Part shown: piece after piece, positions 49,201-61,558 of the stretch
How the letters are laid out: every line of letters starts with the position of its first letter
Position numbering within the stretch: the stretch's first letter is position 1
Assembly (NCBI GenBank): GCA_040954595.2
Contig: CM082576.2
Coordinates: forward strand, 17,531,028-17,595,027
Direction of reading: 5' to 3'
Source of the DNA: Balanoglossus misakiensis
Taxonomy: Eukaryota; Animalia; Hemichordata
Length of the DNA: 64,000 nt
The notes under the pieces: model-generated
Seen by the model: only the letters and a program-made list of their open reading frames with translations
The model's database searches: none
Told to the model about the DNA's origin: nothing
Translations under genes and position numbers: made by a program

Positions 49201-52200
49201 GGTGGCTCGTCCAAATAATTGAAGCAGGCGAGCAGGCTTGTAAATTTTTTCAACCGTTTTGGGAGCAAGGTGGCTCGTCCAAACAATTGAAGCAAGCGAG
49301 CAGGCTTGTAATTTTTTTCAACCGTCTTTGGGAGCAAGGTGGCTCGTCCAAATAATTGAAGCAGGCGAGCAGGCTTGTAAATTTTTTCAACCGTCTTTGG
49401 GAGCAAGGTGGCTCGTCCAAATAATTGAAGCAGGCGAGCAGGCTTGTAAATTTTTTCAACCGTCTTTGGGAGCAAGGTGGCTCGTCCAAACAATTTAAGC
49501 AAGCGAGCAGGCTTGTAATTTTTTTCAACCGTCTTTGGGAGCAAGGTGGCTCGACCAAATAATTGAAGCAGGCGAGCAGGCTTGTAAATTTTTTCAACCG
49601 TCTTTGGGAGCAAGGTGGCTCGTCCAAATAATTGAAGCAGGCGAGCAGGCTTGTAAATTTTTTCAACCGTCTTTGGGAGCAAGGTGGCTCGTCCAAACAA
49701 TTTAAGCAAGCGAGCAGGCTTGTAATTTTTTTCAACCGTCTTTGGGAGCAAGGTGTCTCGTCCAAATAATTGAAGCAAGCGAGCAGGCTTGTAAATTTTT
49801 TCAACCGTTTTTGGGGAGCAAGGTGGCTCGTCCAAATAATTGAAGCAAGCGAGCAGGCTTGTAATTTTTTTTCAACCGTCTTTGGGAGCAAGGTGGCTCG
49901 TCCAAATAATTGAAGCAAGCGAGCAGGCTTGTAAATTTTTTCAACCGTCTTTGGGAGCAAGGTGGCTCGTCCAAATAATTGAAGCAGGCGAGCAGGCTTG
50001 TAAATTTTTTCAACCGTCTTTGGGAGCAAGGTGGCTCGTCCAAATAATTGAAGCAGGCGAGCAGGCTTGTAAATTTTTTCAACCGTCTTTGGGAGCAAGG
50101 TGGCTCGACCAAATAATTGAAGCAGGCGAGCAGGCTTGTAAATTTTTTCAACCGTCTTTGGGAGCAAGGTGGCTCGTCCAAATAATTGAAGCAGGCGAGC
50201 AGGCTTGTAAATTTTTTCAACCGTCTTTAAGAGCAAGGTGGCTCGTCCAAATAATTGAAGCAGGCGAGCAGGCTTGTAAATTTTTTCAACCGTCTTTGGG
50301 AGCAAGGTGGCTCGTCCAAATAATTGAAGCAGGCGAGCAGGCTTGTAATTTTTTTCAACCGTCTTTGGGAGCAAGGTGGCTCGTCCAAATAATTGAAGCA
50401 GGCGAGCAGGCTTGTAAATTTTTTCAACCGTCTTTGGGAGCAAGGTGGCTCGTCCAAATAATTGAAGCAAGCGAGCAGGCTTGTAATTTTTTTCAACCGT
50501 CTTTGGGAGCAAGGTGGCTCGTCCAAATAATTGAAGCAAGCGAGCAGGCTTGTAAATTTTTTCAACCGTCTTTGGGAGCAAGGTGGCTCGTCCAAATAAT
50601 TGAAGCAAGCGAGCAGGCTTGTAAATTTTTTCAACCGTTTTTGGGGAGCAAGGTGGCTCGTCCAAATAATTGAAGCAAGCGAGCAGGCTTGTAATTTTTT
50701 TCAACCGTCTTTGGGGAGCAAGGTGGCTCGTCCAAATAATTGAAGCAGGCGAGCAGGCTTGTAAATTTTGTCAACCGTCTTTGGGAGCAAGGTGGCTCGT
50801 CCAAATAATTGAAGCAAGCGAGCAGGCTTGTAAATTTTTTCAACCGTTTTTGGGGAGCAAGGTGGCTCGTCCAAATAATTGAAGCAGGCGAGCAGGCTTG
50901 TAAATTTTGTCAACCGTCTTTGGGAGCAAGGTGGCTCGTCCAAATAATTGAAGCAGGCGAGCAGGCTTGTAAATTTTGTCAACCGTCTTTGGGAGCAAGG
51001 TGGCTCGTCCAAATAATTGAAGCAGGCGAGCAGGCTTGTAAATTTTGTCAACCGTCTTTGGGAGCAAGGTGGCTCGTCCAAATAATTGAAGCAAGCGAGC
51101 AGGCTTGTAAATTTTTTCAACCGTTTTTGGGGAGCAAGGTGGCTCGTCCAAATAATTGAAGCAAGCGAGCAGGCTTGTAATTTTTTTTCAACCGTCTTTG
51201 GGAGCAAGGTGGCTCGTCCAAATAATTGAAGCAGGCGAGCAGGCTTGTAAATTTTTTCAACCGTCTTTGGGAGCAAGGTGGCTCGTCCAAATAATTGAAG
51301 CAGGCGAGCAGGCTTGTAAATTTTTTCAACCGTCTTTAAGAGCAAGGTGGCTCGTCCAAATAATTGAAGCAGGCGAGCAGGCTTGTAATTTTTTTCAACC
51401 GTCTTTGGGAGCAAGGTGGCTCGTCCAAATAATTGAAGCAGGCGAGCAGGCTTGTAATTTTTTTCAACCGTCTTTGGGAGCAAGGTGGCTCGTCCAAATA
51501 ATTGAAGCAGGCGAGCAGGCTTGTAAATTTTTTCAACCGTCTTTGGGAGCAAGGTGGCTCGTCCAAATAATTGAAGCAAGCGAGCAGGCTTGTAATTTTT
51601 TTCAACCGTCTTTGGGAGCAAGGTGGCTCGTCCAAATAATTGAAGCAAGCGAGCAGGCTTGTAAATTTTTTCAACCGTCTTTGGGAGCAAGGTGGCTCGT
51701 CCAAATAATTGAAGCAAGCGAGCAGGCTTGTAAATTTTTTCAACCGTTTTTGGGGAGCAAGGTGGCTCGTCCAAATAATTGAAGCAAGCGAGCAGGCTTG
51801 TAATTTTTTTCAACCGTCTTTGGGGAGCAAGGTGGCTCGTCCAAATAATTGAAGCAGGCGAGCAGGCTTGTAAATTTTGTCAACCGTCTTTGGGAGCAAG
51901 GTGGCTCGTCCAAATAATTGAAGCAAGCGAGCAGGCTTGTAAATTTTTTCAACCGTTTTTGGGGAGCAAGGTGGCTCGTCCAAATAATTGAAGCAGGCGA
52001 GCAGGCTTGTAAATTTTGTCAACCGTCTTTGGGAGCAAGGTGGCTCGTCCAAATAATTGAAGCAGGCGAGCAGGCTTGTAAATTTTGTCAACCGTCTTTG
52101 GGAGCAAGGTGGCTCGTCCAAATAATTGAAGCAGGCGAGCAGGCTTGTAAATTTTGTCAACCGTCTTTGGGAGCAAGGTGGCTCGTCCAAATAATTGAAG

Positions 52201-55200
52201 CAAGCGAGCAGGCTTGTAAATTTTTTCAACCGTTTTTGGGGAGCAAGGTGGCTCGTCCAAATAATTGAAGCAAGCGAGCAGGCTTGTAATTTTTTTTCAA
52301 CCGTCTTTGGGAGCAAGGTGGCTCGTCCAAATAATTGAAGCAAGCGAGCAGGCTTGTAAATTTTTTCAACCGTCTTTGGGAGCAAGGTGGCTCGTCCAAA
52401 TAATTGAAGCAGGCGAGCAGGCTTGTAAATTTTTTCAACCGTCTTTGGGAGCAAGGTGGCTCGTCCAAATAATTGAAGCAGGCGAGCAGGCTTGTAATTT
52501 TTTTCAACCGTCTTTGGGAGCAAGGTGGCTCGTCCAAATAATTGAAGCAGGCGAGCAGGCTTGTAAATTTTTTCAACCGTCTTTGGGAGCAAGGTGGCTC
52601 GTCCAAATAATTGAAGCAAGCGAGCAGGCTTGTAATTTTTTTCAACCGTCTTTGGGAGCAAGGTGGCTCGTCCAAATAATTGAAGCAAGCGAGCAGGCTT
52701 GTAAATTTTTTCAACCGTCTTTGGGAGCAAGGTGGCTCGTCCAAATAATTGAAGCAAGCGAGCAGGCTTGTAAATTTTTTCAACCGTCTTTGGGAGCAAG
52801 GTGGCTCGTCCAAATAATTGAAGCAGGCGAGCAGGCTTGTAAATTTTTTCAACCGTCTTTGGGAGCAAGGTGGCTCGTCCAAATAATTGAAGCAGGCGAG
52901 CAGGCTTGTAAATTTTTTCAACCGTCTTTGGGAGCAAGGTGGCTCGACCAAATAATTGAAGCAGGCGAGCAGGCTTGTAAATTTTTTCAACCGTCTTTGG
53001 GAGCAAGGTGGCTCGTCCAAATAATTGAAGCAGGCGAGCAGGCTTGTAAATTTTGTCAACCGTCTTTGGGGAGCAAGGTGGCTCGTCCAAATAATTGAAG
53101 CAGGCGAGCAGGCTTGTAAATTTTGTCAACCGTCTTTGGGAGCAAGGTGGCTCGTCCAAATAATTGAAGCAAGCGAGCAGGCTTGTAAATTTTTTCAACC
53201 GTTTTTGGGGAGCAAGGTGGCTCGTCCAAATAATTGAAACAGGCGAGCAGGCTTGTAAATTTTGTCAACCGTCTTTGGGAGCAAGGTGGCTCGTCCAAAT
53301 AATTGAAGCAAGCGAGCAGGCTTGTAAATTTTGTCAACCGTCTTTGGGAGCAAGGTGGCTCGTCCAAATAATTGAAGCAGGCGAGCAGGCTTGTAAATTT
53401 TGTCAACCGTCTTTGGGAGCAAGGTGGCTCGTCCAAATAATTGAAGCAAGCGAGCAGGCTTGTAAATTTTTTCAACCGTTTTTGGGGAGCAAGGTGGCTC
53501 GTCCAAATAATTGAAGCAAGCGAGCAGGCTTGTAATTTTTTTTCAACCGTCTTTGGGAGCAAGGTGGCTCGTCCAAATAATTGAAGCAAGCGAGCAGGCT
53601 TGTAAATTTTTTCAACCGTCTTTGGGAGCAAGGTGGCTCGTCCAAATAATTGAAGCAGGCGAGCAGGCTTGTAAATTTTTTCAACCGTCTTTGGGAGCAA
53701 GGTGGCTCGTCCAAATAATTGAAGCAGGCGAGCAGGCTTGTAATTTTTTTCAACCGTCTTTGGGAGCAAGGTGGCTCGTCCAAATAATTGAAGCAGGCGA
53801 GCAGGCTTGTAATTTTTTTCAACCGTCTTTGGGAGCAAGGTGGCTCGTCCAAATAATTGAAGCAGGCGAGCAGGCTTGTAAATTTTTTCAACCGTCTTTG
53901 GGAGCAAGGTGGCTCGTCCAAATAATTGAAGCAAGCGAGCAGGCTTGTAATTTTTTTCAACCGTCTTTGGGAGCAAGGTGGCTCGTCCAAATAATTGAAT
54001 CAAGCGAGCAGGCTTGTAAATTTTTTCAACCGTCTTTGGGAGCAAGGTGGCTCGTCCAAATAATTGAAGCAAGCGAGCAGGCTTGTAAATTTTTTCAACC
54101 GTCTTTGGGAGCAAGGTGGCTCGTCCAAATAATTGAAGCAGGCGAGCAGGCTTGTAAATTTTTTCAACCGTCTTTGGGAGCAAGGTGGCTCGTCCAAATA
54201 ATTGAAGCAGGCGAGCAGGCTTGTAAATTTTTTCAACCGTCTTTGGGAGCAAGGTGGCTCGACCAAATAATTGAAGCAGGCGAGCAGGCTTGTAAATTTT
54301 TTCAACCGTCTTTGGGAGCAAGGTGGCTCGTCCAAATAATTGAAGCAGGCGAGCAGGCTTGTAAATTTTTTCAACCGTCTTTAAGAGCAAGGTGGCTCGT
54401 CCAAATAATTGAAGCAAGCGAGCAGGCTTGTAAATTTTTTCAACCGTCTTTGGGAGCAAGGTGGCTCGTCCAAATAATTGAAGCAAGCGAGCAGGCTTGT
54501 AATTTTTTTCAACCGTCTTTGGGAGCAAGGTGGCTCGTCCAAATAATTGAAGCAAGCGAGCAGGCTTGTAAATTTTTTCAACCGTTTTTGGGGAGCAAGG
54601 TGGCTCGTCCAAATAATTGAAGCAAGCGAGCAGGCTTGTAATTTTTTTTCAACCGTCTTTGGGAGCAAGGTGGCTCGTCCAAATAATTGAAGCAAGCGAG
54701 CAGGCTTGTAAATTTTTTCAACCGTCTTTGGGAGCAAGGTGGCTCGTCCAAATAATTGAAGCAGGCGAGCAGGCTTGTAAATTTTTTCAACCGTCTTTGG
54801 GAGCAAGGTGGCTCGTCCAAATAATTGAAGCAGGCGAGCAGGCTTGTAATTTTTTTCAACCGTCTTTGGGAGCAAGGTGGCTCGTCCAAATAATTGAAGC
54901 AGGCGAGCAGGCTTGTAATTTTTTTCAACCGTCTTTGGGAGCAAGGTGGCTCGTCCAAATAATTGAAGCAGGCGAGCAGGCTTGTAAATTTTTTCAACCG
55001 TCTTTGGGAGCAAGGTGGCTCGTCCAAATAATTGAAGCAAGCGAGCAGGCTTGTAATTTTTTTCAACCGTCTTTGGGAGCAAGGTGGCTCGTCCAAATAA
55101 TTGAAGCAAGCGAGCAGGCTTGTAAATTTTTTCAACCGTCTTTGGGAGCAAGGTGGCTCGTCCAAATAATTGAAGCAGGCGAGCAGGCTTGTAAATTTTT

Positions 55201-58200
55201 TCAACCGTCTTTGGGAGCAAGGTGGCTCGTCCAAATAATTGAAGCAGGCGAGCAGGCTTGTAAATTTTGTCAACCGTCTTTGGGGAGCAAGGTGGCTCGT
55301 CCAAATAATTGAAGCAGGCGAGCAGGCTTGTAAATTTTGTCAACCGTCTTTGGGAGCAAGGTGGCTCGTCCAAATAATTGAAGCAAGCGAGCAGGCTTGT
55401 AAATTTTTTCAACCGTTTTTGGGGAGCAAGGTGGCTCGTCCAAATAATTGAAGCAGGCGAGCAGGCTTGTAAATTTTGTCAACCGTCTTTGGGAGCAAGG
55501 TGGCTCGTCCAAATAATTGAAGCAGGCGAGCAGGCTTGTAAATTTTTTCAACCGTCTTTGAGAGCAAGGTGGCTCGTCCAAATAATTGAAGCAAGCGAGC
55601 AGGCTTGTAAATTTTTTCAACCGTCTTTGGGAGCAAGGTGGCTCGTCCAAATAATTGAAGCAGGCGAGCAGGCTTGTAAATTTTTTCAACCGTCTTTGGG
55701 AGCAAGGTGGCTCGTCCAAATAATTGAAGCAGGCGAGCAGGCTTGTAAATTTTTTCAACCGTCTTTGGGAGCAAGGTGGCTCGTCCAAATAATTGAAGCA
55801 AGCGAGCAGGCTTGTAAATTTTTTCAACCGTCTTTGGGAGCAAGGTGGCTCGTCCAAATAATTGAAGCAAGCGAGCAGGCTTGTAAATTTTTTCAACCGT
55901 CTTTGGGAGCAAGGTGGCTCGTCCAAATAATTGAAGCAGGCGAGCAGGCTTGTAAATTTTTTCAACCGTCTTTGAGAGCAAGGTGGCTCGTCCAAATAAT
56001 TGAAGCAAGCGAGCAGGCTTGTAAATTTTTTCAACCGTCTTTGGGAGCAAGGTGGCTCGTCCAAATAATTGAAGCAAGCGGGCAGGCTTGTAATTTTTTT
56101 CAACCGTCTTTGAGAGCAAGGTGGCTCGTCCAAATAATTGAAGCAAGCGAGCAGGCTTGTAATTTTTTTCAACCGTCTTTGGGAGCAAGGTGGCTCGTCC
56201 AAATAATTGAAGCAGGCGAGCAGGCTTGTAAATTTTTTCAACCGTCTTTGGGAGCAAGGTGGCTCGTCCAAATAATTGAAGCAGGCGAGCAGGCTTGTAA
56301 ATTTTTTCAACCGTCTTTGGGAGCAAGGTGGCTCGTCCAAATAATTGAAGCAAGCGAGCAGGCTTGTAAATTTTTTCAACCGTCTTTGGGAGCAAGGTGG
56401 CTCGTCCAAATAATTGAAGCAAGCGAGCAGGCTTGTAAATTTTTTCAACCGTCTTTGGGAGCAAGGTGGCTCGTCCAAATAATTGAAGCAGGCGAGCAGG
56501 CTTGTAAATTTTTCAACCGTCTTTGAGAGCAAGGTGGCTCGTCCAAATAATTGAAGCAAGCGAGCAGGCTTGTAAATTTTTTCAACCGTCTTTGGGAGCA
56601 AGGTGGCTCGTCCAAATAATTGAAGCAAGCGGGCAGGCTTGTAATTTTTTTCAACCGTCTTTGGGAGCAAGGTTGCTCGTCCAAAAATTGAAGCAAGCGA
56701 GCAGGCTTGTAAATTTTTTCAACCGTTTTTGGGGAGCAAGGTGGCTCGTCCAAATAATTGAAGCAGGCGAGCAGGCTTGTAAATTTTTTCAACCGTCTTT
56801 GGGAGCAAGGTGGCTCGTCCAAATAATTGAAGCAAGCGAGCAGGCTTGTAAATTTTTTCAACCGTCTTTGAGAGTAAGGTGGCTCGTCCAAATAATTGAA
56901 GCAAGCGAGCAGGCTTGTAAATTTTTTCAACCGTCTTTGGGAGCAAGGTGGCTCGTCCAAATAATTGAAGCAAGCGAGCAAGGGACTGCAAGTAGAGAAA
57001 GTAACGGCTGTGATACCATATAATGACGTTACATTTTTCCCATGTTGAAGTGTTTAATATATTGAATAAGACATGAATGAATACATGAATAGATCACGCA
57101 TCGTTTCAGTCTATATGTCCAGTTACTATGGTCCCTTAGACAGGGGGGCGAATAATAAAAGCCCTATGCTTCAAGCAGCCTGTTATTTGCAGGTTCCTGT
57201 CTGGGGGTGCCCTCTAGTAACATGTGCCCCTGTTGGCATGTTCATATCGTCTTAGTTCAGTTGGTGACCCCTGAGTGGAGGCAGAAGTACCCTAGTAAGT
57301 CACGCTGCAAGAACCCGGGGTACATGTTCGTGGATCTCGTTAGAGGGCGCCTTTAGACAGGAGAGTAACAATATAAGGCTGCTTTCAGTACAAGATGTCG
57401 CGAGTGGAAAGAAGCTATAGCAACACCCAGAAATTTAGCATATTTATGCTTTTGTTATTTTCGAATGAAATGTGTCCAACTATAAAAAAAGTTTTGTCTG
57501 AGGAGTATAATCCATACATTTATGGAAAAATAAAACTAGTTGATAAGCAAATAGGCCTCATATCAACCGCTGTGAGGTATGGGTACGTATGTTTTTGAAA
57601 GAGGTGGGAGTTTGTAGGGGTTGGTATTTTTATAGGATAGGGAAGAGTGTTTTGGAAAAAGGGAGGTCTCAAGCCAAAGTAAAGGGTAGCTTTGCCGAAA
57701 ATGACACCATTCCCATGCCCGATCCTATAACAATAGGCAATATCCTTGAGCGGAGTGATAAGGCTTTAAATATTACATTATTTAAAGCCTTATCACTCCG
57801 CTCAGGGATATTGCCTATTGTTATAGGATTGGGCATGGGAATGGTATCATTGAAGGCTATATCCTGAACGGAGTCTTCGGTGAATTAGGGTGGGTGGGTG
57901 GGAAACCTGCGCGGGCGCTCCTCAGCTAGAAGGGGGACTTGTAAACCCAACCGTATCAACACCCTGATTCCAACCCTCTTGATTTACTCGGCATTTAAAA
58001 AAAGTGATTGCTTTAAAGTGATTTGCTATTGCTTTATAGAGGCTCGTGATTAAAAAAACAAGCCAAAAAGCGAATTTGTTGGTCTCAATATAGTTTAGAA
58101 TTTCACTTGACCGCAAGTAGCCACGGATCCGGAATTTATTGAAATCTCTACATAACAGGTCAACGAGGTACAATGACTTATTAACAGTTTCTATGTGGCT

Positions 58201-61200
58201 GTTTTCCTTGCAGGGAACTGCTCATCGACCAACCCGAGAGGTACGCCATAGTTTACCCTACTGGCTACGTGTATCATGTCCCTTCCTATATCGCGACAGC
58301 AACCTGCGACAAATTCGAGATGTACTTCCCCCATGATAAACTAATATGTACCCTGAAAGTGGGCTCATGGTCACAAGATGCTTCGTATCTCGACTTCCGA
58401 ACAAACCGTGACACAGACCTCGAGTTTCTTCACGAACATCCTGAGTGGTATGTAACCCATACGGCCGCACAACGAAATGTGAAAAAGTATCCTTGCTGTA
58501 ACGAGACATACGTTGACATCGACTACACAATCCACTTGAACCGTGACCCCTCCTTCTTCATGGCAACCATGAGCATTCCGGCCTTACTTATATCATTGGC
58601 ACTGGTAATCGTCTTCGCTCTTCCGCCAGCCGCTCGTGAAAGAATGACCCTAGCAGTAGGCATTCTTGTTTCCTTAGTCATCTGTAATGCCATGCTGTTA
58701 AAGGTAACAACATCCGTGACGGCGTTGAACAAGCAGTTGTTGTTCTCTATCATCCTGGATCTTCTTGTAATTGGTGAGACGGCTCTGGTGCACAACTTAT
58801 GCCACCGTACAACTCGTACGTGCCGTATTCCCAACTGGGTTAGGTCTGTCTTCATAGACATGTTGTCTCAGCCGATGTGTTTAACGAAGCCAAGTCTGAG
58901 AAAGTATGATGGGGTTTTGAAGTTTTCCCAGTCTGACGGTGATGGCAAAATGGGAGATGTTGAAGAATTGGAGGCTTCTGAGGTAAGTACGCAAGAAATA
59001 CATTGATTTGGCAGATGCTGGTACCATCTATACTATGAAATTCGAAATACCAGCAACAAACGGTAAACTAGCAACATCGTATTTCTTTGATTCCGCCGAG
59101 ACGTTATCTCTAAAATTGTAACAAAGTCACAATTTAGTAGACAAAGAGGCGCCCCCATCCCAATTGCGCAGTTGAAGTACGTGCGTGTTGAGAGAGATGT
59201 GTCGACTCGAACACGAACGACGAGAGTTGTTTAGCGTGTCGAATGCTGCTCTACGAAGGTCGTAGTTACCTTCTGACCGGGACATTTGCGCTTGAAGGGA
59301 CTGGGTTCCTCCCACTTCAGGTCGGTAGATTCCTGTGAAGCAGAGACGTGAATTTTGCCTTTCCTAGTGCCGTGGGTTGCAGTGTAGCCCATCTGTGGAA
59401 CGTTTTTTAGAGATTGAGATGAGAATTAGCAGTGTAGGATAGAGACGACATACCAAACTGCCGTGTTGTATTCTGAATTTGTGTTGAAATAAATACGACG
59501 GAAGAGTTTGAACCGCATTGCTGTGTGGACTGATAGTTTTGTGACAAATTCGGGCGTGCGAGGCCGCCCCTAACCTTGCCGCGATCACCCGGCCGCTTGA
59601 GAACTTTTTCTCGACCTACGCATGAACTTGTTGTTTGTGGCAGCAATCGTGACAGGTTATGTTGTTTGAAAAATAACGTTAACGCGTCATCGCGCCCAGC
59701 GGCGGACGCCACATGAATTTTTTTCAGATCTGGCTTTTTCAACGTGTTTGTTTGGCGTTCATGATTTAGTATATATCCATGTTCTTGTTCCGCTATTTCC
59801 CATTCCGAAAACCCCAACGTTATAAACGTGAACACTTTGACTAGAAAAGGCCTCAGACACCTTCATATGCTGTCCGAGCTGGTCATGTTTGGAGCAGTGC
59901 AGCCGGCTGGTGGATCGACGTCCCACACTTTCATACCCGCCGGCGTGCGGCAATCGGCAAGAACCCATCGGAGGGAACCCACTCCTTTAAACGCAAATGT
60001 CCCAGTCAGAAGGTAACTACGAGCTTCGTAGAGCAGCGTTCGACACGCTAAACAACTCTCGTCGTCCGTGTTCGAGTCGACACGTCTCTCTCTAGTCTGG
60101 TTCCCTGCCCCAATCACACTGCTGGCTGCGCTACGCTAAAGGGAAAGGGTCAGGCACGGCCTATTGTAAACATGGCTCTCATTGGTCAATACATACGAAC
60201 GTTAAGTTGATAAGTTGTTGTAAGATACTCATTTCCCGTTCTCTCCTTCACCTCCATGAATGTTTATCATTCGATTTCCAACTTTACAACAAACGAAACA
60301 AAATAAACTGCCTGGATGAATCTTGACTGGCGTACGGATATTGGAGGCATCCATCTTGTTTATGATCACGTGGTCTTCCCAGGTATCTGGGTATGCACTC
60401 GGGCCGTACCTGACCCCTTTCCCTTTAGCGTAGCGCAGCCAGCGGTGGGATTGGGGCAGGGAATCAGACTAGTCTCTCTCAACACGCACGTACTTCAACT
60501 GCGCAATTGGGATGGGGTGGGGGGGGGGCGCCTCTTTGTCTACTAAATTGTGACGTTGTTACAATTTTAGAGATAACGTGTCGGCGGAATCAAAGAAATA
60601 CGATGTTGCTAGTTTACCGTTTGTTGCTGGTATTTCGAATTTCATAGTAAACTAAATGCAAGTTGATATCTAAGTCTTTCATAACTTTCTGTACTAAAAT
60701 TCGCCATGCGTATTTATATATAATCTTTGTTTAACGTCATCGTTTACACGTTAAACGGCTCCGCGAATACCACGAGTATACGATGACGTCGAACAAAGAA
60801 AGATGGGATTACATATTAACCTTGTGAAAATTTTCAGTATCTTGCTAAAAGAATCGACCGATCTTGGATTTTACTGAGCGGGATAATTATTTTCCTGTAT
60901 GTAAGGATCTGATTCCCTCACGAGATATGCAAATTATGAAATCGCTGTTCATTCATAAAAAAAACATTATACCCTTTGCGTCTGGATTACCAATCACATT
61001 CGCGGAGTTAGTCAGGTGGACAAGAATTTTGCCTGTCAATTATTGTTTCGCGTTGCGTCAATACACCGTCCTGGCAAGTCGTAAGTCAATTTGGCCCGCG
61101 AAGTCATGCAAACATTTGCAGTTTTATTGAGAAAATGACGTAATTCATTAAAAATGTACGATAAATATTCCAGTAAGTCCAAGGAACTGCTAAGTGGAGT

Positions 61201-61558
61201 CAATTTTGCATTTGCGGTATCGGCGAGGTTAAGCCAGCAGTCTGTCGGTGTTTCCACAGAAATACTTGAAAACGATATATAATACAATTCACCCCATATA
61301 TTCACTCGTCTGCGGCTCGTGCTTTGTTGTCTTGAATTATGCTATATTTCGTGTTATACCTGCCCTCGTCGGGGGATTATTGCTTTAATACATTTTGCAT
61401 TATTACACAATAATTCCCTTTTTCCTTTATTGTATCAGTTGCAGGATGGTGGCGAGGAGTGGCGATTCGTGGCACGTGTGGTTGATCGTTTCTTCTTCTG
61501 GTTATTTGCATTAGTGTTCAGCATTGGTATGGCGTGCATCCTTGCACCAACTTCTTAA
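43030..61558 (+). CDS. Divergent nicotinic acetylcholine receptor alpha-type subunit (Cys-loop ligand-gated channel), ~423 aa; exons 43030-43263, 43446-43490, 45429-45532, 58214-58982, 61439-61558
   Basis: Signal peptide; L...LF.DY...V.PV; QKILDV|NTHIGQVTARIWLSQ|SWTDHRLVWN...WRPDIALYN; Cys loop C-DKFEMYFPHDKLI-C; GSW; YPCC; M1-M3; EEWRFVARVVDRFFFWLF M4; all introns GT-AG and in phase. Confidence 0.92.
43446..43490 (+). CDS. nAChR exon 2 (45 nt, loop D Trp)
   Basis: cacag| NTHIGQVTARIWLSQ |gtgagt; same size as the conserved 45-nt nAChR exon. Confidence 0.85.
44554..45262. repeat. Two ~110-bp direct repeats (44554-44678, 45155-45262) flanking a small TIR element at 44689-45100
   Basis: gatggggtgggtcctaccaatgtcctctgtaa... 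occurs twice; inner 'aaggccagtgagaaataaaatcttgttcatc' is inverted as 'gatgaacaatttattttttcttcctggcctt'. Confidence 0.65.
45429..45532 (+). CDS. nAChR exon 3
   Basis: ttacag| SWTDHRLVWNSSNGISMLHTAPELLWRPDIALYN |gtgagt. Confidence 0.92.
46175..56980. repeat. 69-bp satellite array, ~156 copies, inside nAChR intron 3
   Basis: Unit gaagcaagcgagcaggcttgtaaattttttcaaccgtctttgggagcaaggtggctcgtccaaataatt; highly homogeneous, with +/-1 homopolymer variants. Confidence 0.99.
57700..57851. repeat. Near-perfect palindrome (two ~73-bp arms, ~6-nt loop); MITE-like hairpin
   Basis: aatgacaccattcccatgccc...ggctttaaata ttacat tatttaaagcc...gggcatgggaatggtatcatt; 3 mismatches. Confidence 0.95.
58214..58982 (+). 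CDS. nAChR exon 4 (Cys loop, loop C, M1-M3)
   Basis: cttgcag| ELLIDQPERYAIVYPTGYV...YPCC...EASE |gtaagt. Confidence 0.95.
59033..60647. mobile_element. Foldback/MITE-like element with ~280-bp TIRs, flanked by TA, in nAChR intron 4
   Basis: 59031-59313 is the reverse complement of 59973-60092 plus 60481-60649. Confidence 0.88.
60093..60471. mobile_element. Nested non-autonomous TIR element, AcademH-like (TAG...CTA, 9-bp TSD)
   Basis: ~70-bp TIR tagtctggttccctgccccaatc.../...gattggggcagggaatcagacta; TSD GTCTCTCTC at 60084-60092 and 60472-60480. Confidence 0.88.
61439..61558 (+). CDS. nAChR terminal exon (M4); alternative acceptor gives a start at 61445
   Basis: tgtatcag|ttgcag| DGGEEWRFVARVVDRFFFWLFALVFSIGMACILAPTS*. 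Confidence 0.9.
   Translation: MQDGGEEWRFVARVVDRFFFWLFALVFSIGMACILAPTS

Noticed and set aside
46175-56980. CRISPR-like array or hammerhead-ribozyme satellite
   Set aside because: No unique spacers, eukaryotic context, no cas genes; minus-strand TGGACGAG...AAA does not match the hammerhead core
46017-57023. Long repetitive ORFs (up to 518 aa) in the satellite
   Set aside because: The unit is 23 codons with stop-free frames; frequent +/-1 indels switch frames freely, so there is no sign of coding constraint
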